Notes under the pieces: generated by a model
What the model was told of the DNA's origin: nothing
Seen by the model: the letters and a program-made list of their open reading frames with translations, nothing else
Database searches by the model: none
Source: Chrysomallon squamiferum
Taxonomy: Eukaryota; Animalia; Mollusca
Assembly (NCBI GenBank): GCA_012295275.1
Contig: CM022670.1
Location: forward strand, 23,374,001-23,438,000
Reading direction: 5' to 3'
DNA: 64,000 bases
Translations under genes and position numbers: made by a program
In this document: positions 43,019 to 53,773 of the stretch, piece after piece
Position numbering within the stretch: position 1 is the stretch's first letter
How the letters are laid out: each line of letters begins with the position of its first letter

Positions 43019-43470
43019 TGCCTCTATGTGTCTGTGTGGGTATGTGTATGAAAACTAAAGACCTGTTATATTTCTTAATTGTCCTGGAAATCTTTTTACT
43101 ATTGTGTTAAATAGTATATTAAAATTAAATTTTGAAACAGAAGATATACTATTTGAAGTTCAAGCAGGATTTAGGAAGGATTTTTGTACAAATGACCCTG
43201 ATTTCGCATTTTAGAACGCAGATTTTATACTATATAGATCAAAACAATTTCTGAGTTCTAAAATTTTCATTGATCTTCATAACAGACATGCTTATTTATT
43301 AAATAAATTAAATGAGTCACTACGCTTAAACAGACTTTGACTGTAATTAACGAAAATAAATATTGCTTAAATTTAATTGAACTACACATGAATAATCTTT
43401 CGAATTCGACTGAGAAAACCTGCAATGTAAGGGAGATAACTTTGTTTTGGGAATTTTCTCTGTTTTGGGA

Positions 43471-43471
<1 letters not shown>

Positions 43472-43512
<41 letters not shown>
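43472..43512. repeat. (GT)n microsatellite
   Basis: Pure gt run. Confidence 0.9.
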
Positions 43513-43514
<2 letters not shown>

Positions 43515-43738
43515 ACTTATTTATTTACTTTATATCATTAGCAATGTTTTCTGTGTATTATTTCATTTTGTTGAATTTTATTTAATCCTTTTCAAAAATT
43601 GTCGCATTTGAACATTATTTTGTTTTGGGCAGGTTTAGGGTCATTAACGTTATCCTTTTTAAAATGATTTAGTGGTATATGAGTATGTTATAATATACAC
43701 AAACAAACATCACTAAATAATTTTAAAAGATATATATA

Positions 43739-43790
43739 TAGTATATTTGTTATTACTGATATATATATATCAGTAATAACAAATATACTA
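43739..43790. repeat. Perfect 52-bp palindrome centred on an (AT)n run
   Basis: tagtatatttgttattactgatatat|atatatcagtaataacaaatatacta. The two 26-bp halves are exact reverse complements. Confidence 0.95.
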
Positions 43791-44046
43791 AACAGATTGT
43801 GCCTTTGCGACAACACACCTGATCACTCGGTCACCGTTGAATCACACCTGAGGAATGTGAATAATTGTCCTTGGTGTCGCTAAATATTTATTATACTCTC
43901 AATACGTTTTCAATATTACAGCAAACATTTATTTGTATGTGCATGTAGCATTCAAAGCCAAATGTAACTTTAATTAATTAAATTTACTTTGTTATCTTCA
44001 GACTGTACCTGTCGTAATAGGTGATTGACCTAGTTACACGGTTTGT

Positions 44047-44070
44047 CGCCATTTTAAAGGCAAAATGGCG
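44047..44070. promoter_or_regulatory. Inverted pair of YY1-like motifs overlapping the start codon
   Basis: CGCCATTTT-aaaggc-AAAATGGCG. The second motif contains the ATG at 44065. Confidence 0.5.
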
Positions 44071-44134
44071 CTTCACTGTGCTCCGAGGATACTAATATTT
44101 TTTGCAGTATTGTTCTGCATGCCTCAGTTATCAG
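44065..44134 (+). CDS. Exon 1 of the GPI-type protein gene (signal peptide)
   Basis: MALHCAPRILIFFAVLFCMPQLS, donor CAG|GTAAC, phase 1. Confidence 0.85.
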
Positions 44135-44272
44135 GTAACTGTAGAGACAAATTCTACCTGGCTAAGGTTGTTTTTAATATGTCCACACGTGTTGTACACC
44201 TTTAATTAAATAGAGTTTTAACATTAATCGTCATTGATGTTTATGGTGTTATTTCCGGAATTGTAGAACTTG

Positions 44273-44316
<44 letters not shown>

Positions 44317-45466
44317 TGTTATTATTATTATTATTATTTCAGATAATTTTATTTCTACCTCTTCAGAAGTTTTCATTGTTAACAATTTTCTACTTAAAAA
44401 TACGTTTGTCATGTGAGATGACCATATTTAAATAAAAATGCAATAAACTTTATAAACGATATTTTCAAAGAATTTAAGATGAATTTACATTCAGTACAAA
44501 CCGTTCTTTAACATTAAACTAGTATTTGAATGACAAAAAATGCATAATATCTTCATACATAATATCTTCATACATAATTATTTTTATAATAAAATGGAGA
44601 ACACATAAAAATACATGCATTATGATTAAGTATTTGTAAATTTTTCAATGGCCAGACAACATTAAATAGCAAAGCATTGTTTGTTAATGACGACAAAACA
44701 TTGTGATGATTTTGCCCATATTACAATGGCCATCATTTCCAATTCTAATGTCTTACCACTGACATCATAATTATGTGCCCAGTGCACTATTCTGTTCTTT
44801 TGCTGACTGGTACATGATTAAGTGGCAGTGTGTCTGCTCAAGGTGATCGCTGGATTCATCTCTCCAGTGAGCTTTCTTGCTCCTACAACAGACCCACAAA
44901 AGTTGAGGAACAAAAGCCACATGTGCTATCCTGTCTGAGGATTGTGTATAAAAGATAACTTGCTGCTGATGTGAATTATCTGTAATCACACATAAGATTG
45001 AATAAAACCCTTCCTTTCTCTGTTCCATACAGCTGTTTCCCTGTCTTGTCACATTTTCAAAAACAGGCACTTTGTTTTGCTTTCTCATTACCTGTTTCAT
45101 CCTTAAAACAATAATCATCATTACATTTTATCGATATTAAAGTTTCAAAATATTATTTAATAATTTATGTAAAAAAAAGGTGAAAATAATAATTGGTATA
45201 CAATTTAATCCTCTCACTTATTTTTGCTACATTTCAGTGCAGCAGTGTAAAATCCCTGTTGAGTTCAAAGGAGACTATTACTCAATGGAGGCAGGCAAAG
45301 ATGTTACTTCAGTGGTCAACGAGGACAGGTGGGAAGTCAGAATCCATGACCCTTACATCATGACTTGTGAACACATCTACATTCACAACAACACCTTTGG
45401 GGTGGATGGATTAAATGCGACAATGCTTTTGAAACGAAATATTAAGCAAGGGTAAGTTAAACTTTG

Positions 45467-45499
<33 letters not shown>

Positions 45500-45691
45500 A
45501 CCTAAGTAATCTGAAATACTGATAATGTAATTCAGTATTTAAATATTAATTTACTGTTGGTGCATAATAATAAAAACATTTATTGAAAACATATATGATA
45601 TTAGTTTCTATCTAAAGAGTCGAGGATAATTTGTACTAGTTTTAAAGCAGTGTACTGGTGATTGTATTTCTGGATAGTAGTTTGCACTTGT

Positions 45692-45733
<42 letters not shown>

Positions 45734-48700
45734 ATAATTGCGTGGAATGTTTAGCTGACATCTTGTTTTTAAACACAATTAAATAAACTGTATTGTTAAT
45801 TACTATCATTCTTCTTTTCTACTTACAGTGGATCAGAGAATCTGTGTTTGAAGTGTGTGGATGTGTTATGGAGAACACCAAATATTTTGCAGTACAGACA
45901 GAGTAAGAGATTTCTTATTTTTATTTTTATATTTTTTTTATAATACTGTTTTATAACAAAAACATTGTAATAATATAGTAATCTCAAGGAGGTGTATTTA
46001 AACTGATTTTGTCATCAGTACTTTTTTAGTTATGTTTGATTGTTTTTTTTTTTTTTTTTTATACATTAACATAATGTTGTGATGTCATCTAAAAATACTT
46101 CATTCCATGTATCCTCATGGTTTTATATTTTTAATCTACTTTATTAAGTATCAAAGAACCTTTGACAAGATAGAAAAGATTCTAAAGAATAAAATCATGT
46201 GAGAGTAACCACATTGTGCATTTTTCTTACTGTTTCTTTAAAAGAGGTTGAGGTGCAGTGTTATCATCATGATTCAAATTCCATTATTTGTTATATGTGT
46301 TGACATTATAAGAAATGTGTTGCAAATGACAAACACTTATTTACAGCAGAACTGATATAGAGGTTTAAATAACTGACATGTCGGCATTCAAATATTGTTT
46401 AATTATTCTGACAGTTTTGTTTTTTCAATGAATATACAGATATGCACCATTTTTAAATAAAATATTAAATAATTGAATGTTGTTTTCAATGGAAAACTTC
46501 AAGACAGTTCAGTTAATTTTGTTTTATTAATAATCAGAAGTCAGCTGATAATATATACATTGTTGTGTGTCTGTGTGTATGTATGAAAACCTGTACGTCT
46601 ACAAATGTCATTTTTAATAATATTTTATTTATTATTTATTTCAGTAATACTTTAAACTTGAGTTTTAATACTGTTACTGCTTATTGTTTCAGGTGACTGT
46701 TACACTTCATACACAAGTTTTGAAAATATGTGTCCTGGGATTAAGGAACTACCAGCAGTTTCTCAGCTTGTGACTCTCTTCAGTAAGTGAAACATCAGTC
46801 TGATTATTTTTAATATTACACATGAGAGATCAACAATGGATGCCTTGGTTTTCACTTTGTCAGATTGTTCCCTGCCTGTAAAGCAAGTGTTTTCTCAACA
46901 TGTTACAACAGTGTTGCAATCATGACAGATATTTCTGTTCAGAATCTTTCGGTTTGTATTCTCATGACGCTGTTGCAATCTGATACTAATCTCTGGCATT
47001 TATGTTATTTTTGTGTTGACTTTATCCTCATATCTGAAATCAACATCATGCTGTATTGGACTAAAATTCACCAGAGATTCTATTTTATAACTCTAATTTG
47101 TGACTAATACAGGAATCACTATAAATAAGTACAGGGGATGTCAGAATAAAGGTCTTTAAACTAGTAATAGATGAGATTGAGATTTCCTCTACTAGTTCTA
47201 TAAACCGAAGCCAGCCCCATGTCTTGATCCCAGAACTGCTGAGTGGCTCATTGTTATGAATTTTTTTCTTGTTTTATTATTTCAGAGCAAACTATCAAGA
47301 CGGTGAACTGTATTACTACATTTGAGGGAGTGTTCCAGTTCACGTATGAGGTGAGCTGGGGAGGAGGAGGTATTTGTAACAGCTCAGACAGTGTCATTGA
47401 GGCCTGTCAAGATCCTGGCTCATCTTATGTTGACAATGAAGTCTTCCTTATGACATTTGGAAAGTGCAGATCTGTGCAGACATCCAAAAGAGAAAGTGAG
47501 TGTACCTGAAACTGGCGAATATTGGTCATTTTTGCCAAGACGGATAATTTTATAGAAAGAATTGTATATGTATATATATTTACATGCTTTTGTATTTTTT
47601 TTAGGTGTTGAATTTTGGATTCAGGTGATGTTCATTATCATTCATACTGTGTTTTTAAACACTACAAGTCCATGTTTATGCAATGATAATGATGTATATT
47701 ACAATTTTATATTTCACAGTAAAATGATGTATATTTCAGGTTTGTTATGATAAAAATGTTAACATTAATTCTATTTAGAAGAAGATGCTACAAAAGACTA
47801 TATAATAATAAGATTTTACTGTATTTTCAGTTGTTAGATACCAGTGTATGGGAAGCTGGTATTCTATGATTGGTGATACAATATACACGTTTGCTGCTAT
47901 AGCAAACACTGTGCAGAAAGACAGGAGAGAAAGATTCAAATGTATGGTAAGTATATTCAGCGAAGATTCAAATCTTTTTGTGGCATAATTTTTTGAAAAC
48001 TTGAATACATTAAATTTAAAGCAAATTTTCAGTTTTTAAATGAATACTCTAACATTCTCTTAAATTTGTCTTTTATACTGAAATTTATTTCTCTGGTGTT
48101 ATGGCACGACTTGAATAAGCTTTAATTTTGAGAAATCTTAACTTGTATACTCTGTTTGATTTTTTCTTCCAGTGTACACATGGTGTAAATAAATATTTTG
48201 ACTTTTATGAGAAGGTCAGCTTTAACGATCACTTACAGTTGATGTGTACAGTAATGATAATAATTTTTGACAGATGACCCTGAAGAACGACAAATCAGAA
48301 GACAACACCATTCGATGGACGATGTCACGTTTTGCTGACTGTGGTAAACTCAACACCAACTACGACGGACCTGTTCGTTTGAGACTTGCCAGAAGTTTGT
48401 GTTATTTAGATACAAAATTTATCTTATTTTTCAAGTGCTTTATGTGCTGTATCATAAACTTGAATTTTGAATTTACATATTTTCCTCATCTGACTGCTGT
48501 CTTACTGTGTTACTGTCTTTTTAATTAATGTTTAACAATTATTATATTAGAAATCACTTCTAAGTCCTAGTTAGCATAGAGACTGAACCATGCTTATTTC
48601 AGCCAATACTTTAATAGAGTTCGTCAAAGGTTATTACATGTATTTTCTGTTCATGGGAAGATACATATTCAGATCTCTTTGCTGCTAATCTGAAAACAGG

Positions 48701-51700
48701 TTTATTCTTTCCTTTTTTATTTGTGCTCTTTCACCATATATATGGCACCTCATAACTGCAGACTGTGTGGAACCCCAGAATAATGTTATTTCTTCACTAT
48801 CTGTGCCAGTACCAAGCCATTGTTTGTTGTAATAATGATTTAAACATTTCTGTGTTCTACAGTTCCCCCTCTGACAGCTCACACGACCTCAAAGTGCAAT
48901 CTTCCACGAAACATCTCAGGAGAGTGGTTTACCCAGGGCCTTCAGTTCCGCTCTCAAGTTCTAATCAATGACACACACATTCACTACAGGACCCAGAAAA
49001 ATGCCTTTGAACATGAAGATACGTACCTGTCCTGTCAGCAAACTCTGGGTACTCGATACCTCATGACCAAGGTCATTGTTGGCAAATGGTTAGTAGATAC
49101 AATTAAATAAATTGTAGATTTATTTTTTTTTTTTTTTTTTTGTAGGAATTTTGAAAATTTATATTTTAATATTAAAATCTGTGTAGAATGCAAAGGATAG
49201 TAAACTTAAAGCAGTCATTATTTCCCAGTATATTTTATCAAAAGTATCTTTAACATTTAAAATAGCATTACATCTTATAATCATTCTTTATTGATTTTTA
49301 ATTGTCTTCTACTTTTCTGTTTTCTTTTCTTTTATTGGTTTCTTTATATTAAATAAAGCATTTCTTTCTTAAACTGTAAAAAAATATATTCAGTCATATT
49401 ACTGTTTTAATGTGAATGTGAATAAATTTAAAAATGTATAGAATACTAAGTGTTGTAAAAATCTGTTTTTAATGCTGATACTGATAATGTGGTTTGTATT
49501 TTTCTTGTTTAGCGAAGTTGACTTTGTTTGCTACGACATCCTTCCACGTCATCATGGAATTGTCCGATACAGAGTTGGTATGTTAAATAAAACTCTCTCT
49601 TGTTGATCATTTAACACAGGGCATAATAAATATTAGAGTGTTTATACATGGAGATAAAAAATTGAAAACACTATTGATTGGAGAAAATAAAGCAGTTCAT
49701 AGTAACTTGGTGCACTACTGTTCAGAAAATAAACCAAGAATTGTCTTTCCTTATTTATTGGTGTTTTATGATCATTATTTTTAAATAAGAAGTTAAATTT
49801 GATGAATTTTTTTGGTTTATCTTTTCAAAATCATTCAAAGCAGCTTGACGTATTTCTTTGACAACTGCTGCAGTAAGAATACCTGTGATTTATTAGATGA
49901 GTAAGACTGATATTTCGTCTGTTTCAGGGAAACCATCGCGACTGACCAAAGATGAGCTGAGTGATCCTAATTACCTGGAAAAGAAGTTCAGGGAAGCCTG
50001 CAGCTGGATGTCCTTCACCTTCAACCGAGATGACACTGAGTGGAAATACGAAGTGTTAATATGTGAGTGAAGACAGAATTTTAAAGTTAACTTTCAGTAA
50101 TTTTTACCAAATTTGTAACGACATGTGATTTTATAACTGTAAATTTACCATGGTCTGTGCTTTTATCTGTAACCAGTTTTACCAGATTTAGCATGGTCTG
50201 TGCTTTTATCTGTAACTAGTTTTATCAGATTTACCATGGTCTGTGCTTTTATCTGTAACTAGTTTTATCAGATTTACCATGGTCTGTGCTTTTATCTGTA
50301 ACCAGTTTTATCAGATTTACCATGGTCTGTGCTTTTATCTGTAACTAGTTTTATCAGATTTACCATGGTCTGTGCTTTTATCTGGTCTTTACCATGGTCT
50401 GTGCTTTTATCTGTAACTAGTTTTATCTTTAGGTCTTTGTAACCAGATTTATCAGATTTACCATGGTCTGTGCTTTTATCTGTAACTAGTTTTTAACAAA
50501 TTTCTCATGGCCTGTGGTGTTAACTGTAATTAATTAATTTAATATACATATATATATATATAATTTTTTTGTTTTTTTTAGTAAATCCTCCATCACCATT
50601 TCCTTGTCCAATCGCTGGCCGCTACAAATTCAATCAGAACGCTCAGGCTGCCATGGAGAAATACATGACACGAATCCGTGGTGTCACTGACCGACCCAGG
50701 GTGCAGGTTCAGTGTCGAATCACTGTGTCAGAGCTGAAGTCCTGCAGCCAGGACAAATCTAAGATAGAAATAGATGCTGAGTACTGTGAGTCGGTGGATT
50801 ACAGAGGAAGACCTATTGGAGAATACGGTAAGCTGAAAAAAAATAAGGAAGCAACATATTAGATTGAATGTCTAAATACATTTTTGACAAAAAACAATTT
50901 CTGTCTTTATCACTTTATCAACCTAACAACATTTGTATTTGTATATTTTTTTATTTTATTTTTTATTTTTTTACATTTCTCTGAATTAAATGAAAACTAA
51001 ATTTCAGTCATAGACTTTATTGTGATATTCTACTTCATAAATCTAAATGTTCAATTTTAGATGAACCTGATCACATTTTGACTTGTGTTGGTTTCTGGAT
51101 GGAAGACATGAAGTCCTATTTGATAACCTATGATGAGGAAGATGCCATATCAGAATTCAGATGTTGGGTTAGTGATAGTTTACTCTGAAATATTCCCTAT
51201 AACTACTGTACTTGCATATTTTATCTTTTTAAGAATTTAATAGATACTTGCAAATTGTCCTTTTTCATATTTTTTTTATATGTAGAATAATGTACAATTT
51301 TAAAGTAAGATATATATTTAATTTGTCTGTTTAATATTATTAATCAAGTAATGATGGAATTAGACAACAGATATTCATTGTATGATAATATTAGAAAATT
51401 ATTCCATTTTCAAACTGCTAACAACTCCTAAGTCATGAACAGATACATTTACTGCAGCATGATATATAAATATTCAGTTTACAAACAGAGACAACATCTG
51501 CAACTGCCCGCAACAGTTAGCACTAGTTTTTACCTCTGTTGAAATAGTTTGTCTTCATCTTTATGCAGTATTCACACTTTATCTAAATTGCGAGATGTTA
51601 AAACGGACATTTTTTTCCAGATTGCACTGGTTTCTAAAATTGTAAGCACTGTATAAATAGTTTTCAAACTGTATGTTCAGGTGTACGAGAGGATCAGCTG

Positions 51701-52790
51701 GACGGATGTTCAGATGTCCCGATCCCAAACTGCTCGATGTCAGCGCAGCCAGTCTGCAGCTACCTACCTGCTGGAAGGAACCGGCCTTAACCTCGAGTTG
51801 TATGAAAACGAGAGGCTTTGTAAGTTAATCCTCTAAGCATTTTTTCTATAAAAAAAAAAAAAAAAAATTCATATTCACAGGACAAAGGTACTATTAATAT
51901 TCAGCCGTTTTGGGAGAAAAAGTCATGAAAACCAGAGATTTTATAAGTTAACACAAAAAAAGTAACTTAAATGTGAAAAATGTTCCCATCATAATGTTAA
52001 GATAAGCTTAATATACACAAGGGTTGTGTCAGTTATTTTTTTAAGATATATTATTCCTAAAACATATTCTCAAGAAAATATCCTTATTCGCTTGACTATT
52101 TTTGAAAAATTATTTTTTATTTATATGTTTATGAAGTCAGATTTTTGTAGGTTGATAATTATTAATTTTGTTTTGTTCTGAACATTTTAAAAATCAGTTA
52201 CATCAATGAATATAAATACAAAATAAAAACAATTAAAAATATAATTTTTACAATTCAAAAGCATCGAATGAATTCATTTCTGAATCGTCTCTGCATATTT
52301 TAATTGTTTCATTTGGAAACTATTTCTGCTTCTTGAAAATAATATTATACAACACAAATATGATACTCAGACTGAGTAATTTTTGATAATGTTAGTAAAG
52401 AAAGTAGAAATTAGAATACATGTTCTGTGTGTGTGTGTGTGTCTTTATTTTCTAATTTCTGCTTACTTTACTAAGATGCTTCTCAGTCCATCATATTATG
52501 CAGTGGGAAAAATTACTCAGGCTGAGTAACATATTTGTTATAAAGTATAAATATAACATTTTATCTACATATATAGATAGTTTTTTTTCTTTCTTTCTTG
52601 TCTCTGACTTTGATGTATATTATTTTCAGATGATGACTGTCCTCAGAGATTTGACCCTGGCATTGACCCATACAGAAAACCCACAGTCATTTACGTTCTG
52701 AATGGAGCCTCCAGTTTTCAGTATCGCTTCTCACTAACTCTGTCAGTCATTTCTGCAGTCACCCTCCTCATCACACACATTCTCTTATAA
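44065..52790 (+). CDS. Uncharacterised secreted, probably GPI-anchored cysteine-rich protein (657 aa, 14 exons; DUF7042/7043/7044-like family)
   Basis: Exons: 44065-44134, 45238-45451, 45829-45902, 46693-46782, 47286-47495, 47831-47946, 48274-48394, 48863-49088, 49513-49577, 49928-50062, 50582-50827, 51061-51167, 51681-51819, 52630-52790. All introns are GT-AG and phases agree, giving 1974 nt open. Signal peptide MALHCAPRILIFFAVLFCMPQLS and C terminus NGASS..LTLSVISAVTLLITHILL*. The family assignment is from memory of the motif CVGFWMEDMKSYLITYDEEDAISEFRCWVYER, not from a search. Confidence 0.92.
44275..44338. repeat. (ATT)n microsatellite in intron 1
   Basis: att run. Confidence 0.9.
45238..45451 (+). 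CDS. Exon 2 of the GPI-type protein gene
   Basis: VQQCKIPVEFKGDYYS..NIKQG, with tttcag| and |gtaagt. Confidence 0.9.
45695..45732. repeat. (GT)n microsatellite in intron 2
   Basis: Pure gt run. Confidence 0.9.
45829..45902 (+). CDS. Exon 3 of the GPI-type protein gene
   Basis: GSENLCLKCVDVLWRTPNILQYRQ, with ttacag| and |gtaaga. Confidence 0.88.
46693..46782 (+). CDS. Exon 4 of the GPI-type protein gene
   Basis: DCYTSYTSFENMCPGIKELPAVSQLVTLF, with tttcag| and |gtaagt. Confidence 0.88.
47286..47495 (+). CDS. Exon 5 of the GPI-type protein gene
   Basis: QTIKTVNCITTFEGVFQFTY..CRSVQTSKRE, donor |gtgagt. Confidence 0.9.
47831..47946 (+). CDS. Exon 6 of the GPI-type protein gene
   Basis: VRYQCMGSWYSMIG..RERFKCM, donor |gtaagt. 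Confidence 0.9.
48274..48394 (+). CDS. Exon 7 of the GPI-type protein gene
   Basis: MTLKNDKSEDNTIRWTMSRFADCG..RLAR, weaker donor |gtttgt. Confidence 0.85.
48863..49088 (+). CDS. Exon 8 of the GPI-type protein gene
   Basis: PPLTAHTTSKCNLPRNISGEWFTQG..KVIVGK, donor |gttagt. Confidence 0.9.
49513..49577 (+). CDS. Exon 9 of the GPI-type protein gene
   Basis: EVDFVCYDILPRHHGIVRYRV, donor |gtatgt. Confidence 0.88.
49928..50062 (+). CDS. Exon 10 of the GPI-type protein gene
   Basis: KPSRLTKDEL..EACSWMSFTFNRDDTEWKYEVLI, donor |gtgagt. Confidence 0.9.
50143..50520. repeat. 43-bp minisatellite, about 8 copies, in intron 10
   Basis: Unit ttaccatggtctgtgcttttatctgtaactagttttatcagat. catggtctgtgc recurs at 50149, 50192, 50235, 50278, 50321, 50364, 50393 and 50462. 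Confidence 0.95.
50582..50827 (+). CDS. Exon 11 of the GPI-type protein gene
   Basis: NPPSPFPCPIAGRYKF..YCESVDYRGRPIGEY, donor |gtaagc. Confidence 0.9.
51061..51167 (+). CDS. Exon 12 of the GPI-type protein gene
   Basis: EPDHILTCVGFWMEDMKSYLITYDEEDAISEFRCW, donor |gttagt. Confidence 0.9.
51681..51819 (+). CDS. Exon 13 of the GPI-type protein gene
   Basis: VYERISWTDVQMSRSQTARC..LYENERL, donor |gtaagt. Confidence 0.9.
52345..52550. repeat. Foldback or MITE-like inverted repeat in intron 13
   Basis: Outer arms acaaatatgatactcagactgagtaattttt and aaaaattactcaggctgagtaacatatttgt (29/31 complementary). Inner arms tagtaaagaaagtagaaattagaa and ttctaatttctgcttactttacta (22/24). A (GT)n run lies in the loop. 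Confidence 0.8.
52630..52790 (+). CDS. Exon 14 (terminal) of the GPI-type protein gene
   Basis: DDCPQRFDPGIDPYRKPTVIYVLNGASSFQYRFSLTLSVISAVTLLITHILL*. Confidence 0.9.
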
Positions 52791-53729
52791 GTTACTTAAC
52801 TAGCTGTGAATTATACCAATTGGTGCTTTATGTCTGAAATCATTTTAGAAATAAACTCCCCTGAATGTTTTTGTAATGGCAGATGTTACTATGCAGTTAA
52901 AAAAAAAAAAAAAAATCAGGGTCTTTCAATGTGTGTTAAATATTTTTGATTGTTAAATACTTAACATTCTGCAATATATTGTTAATATGCTGCTTCGAAA
53001 TGTAAATGTGATAAAACTAAAATGATTTTGCTTGGAGAAATCAAGAAACAATATGAATTAGTTTGTAATAGTGAAACTGTTGATTAAAATTTTATATTTT
53101 TTTATTTTAATAGTGCACACCAACTATTTCCCTTGCTAGATATTTTGAATATGGTAATTAATGTACAGTGATACAAAATTATCCTTTAACCATGCTTCAT
53201 AAAACTTGATTTTAGAAAATTTTAGTATCATTAATCATAATCATAAGTTGACTATTAAATTAAAATCTACCCATTTCTAACAAAATCTTTCTAGTCTTAT
53301 ACTAATAATCATTTCATAAATGTTTTTTTTTTTTTTAAAGACTAAAATTGAAATACATGATTACTGTAAGGCTTGTTTCTTTAAGGGTTTTGAATCTCGC
53401 AAGACTTTTTAGATAAAGGTTTACTTAAATCTGCTTTTTTAAATTTTTATTTCCTTTAAATCCAACACATGTACATGCATATAAAAATTAAAATTTAATC
53501 AGAATAATATAATATGAATTAATAATTTATTTATATTAAAGTTACTATCCAATTATTAAAAACTTTCTTTGTTAAAAAAAAAAAAAATTTAAGTTACATC
53601 GTTACATTAATACTATACGTCAATTTACATCTATACTGACTTGATATCATTTTGGAGAATAAATTATAAAAAATGTGAACAACTAAGATTGCATTATATT
53701 TTTTACTGATTGTTACAATATTTGCTTTA

Positions 53730-53773
<44 letters not shown>

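Noticed and set aside
44771-45121. 116-aa minus-strand ORF in intron 1
   Set aside because: No recognisable motifs and no partner exons.
50143-50520. Regular repeat as a possible CRISPR array
   Set aside because: Units are head-to-tail with no unique spacers, lie in a eukaryotic intron and have no cas genes nearby.
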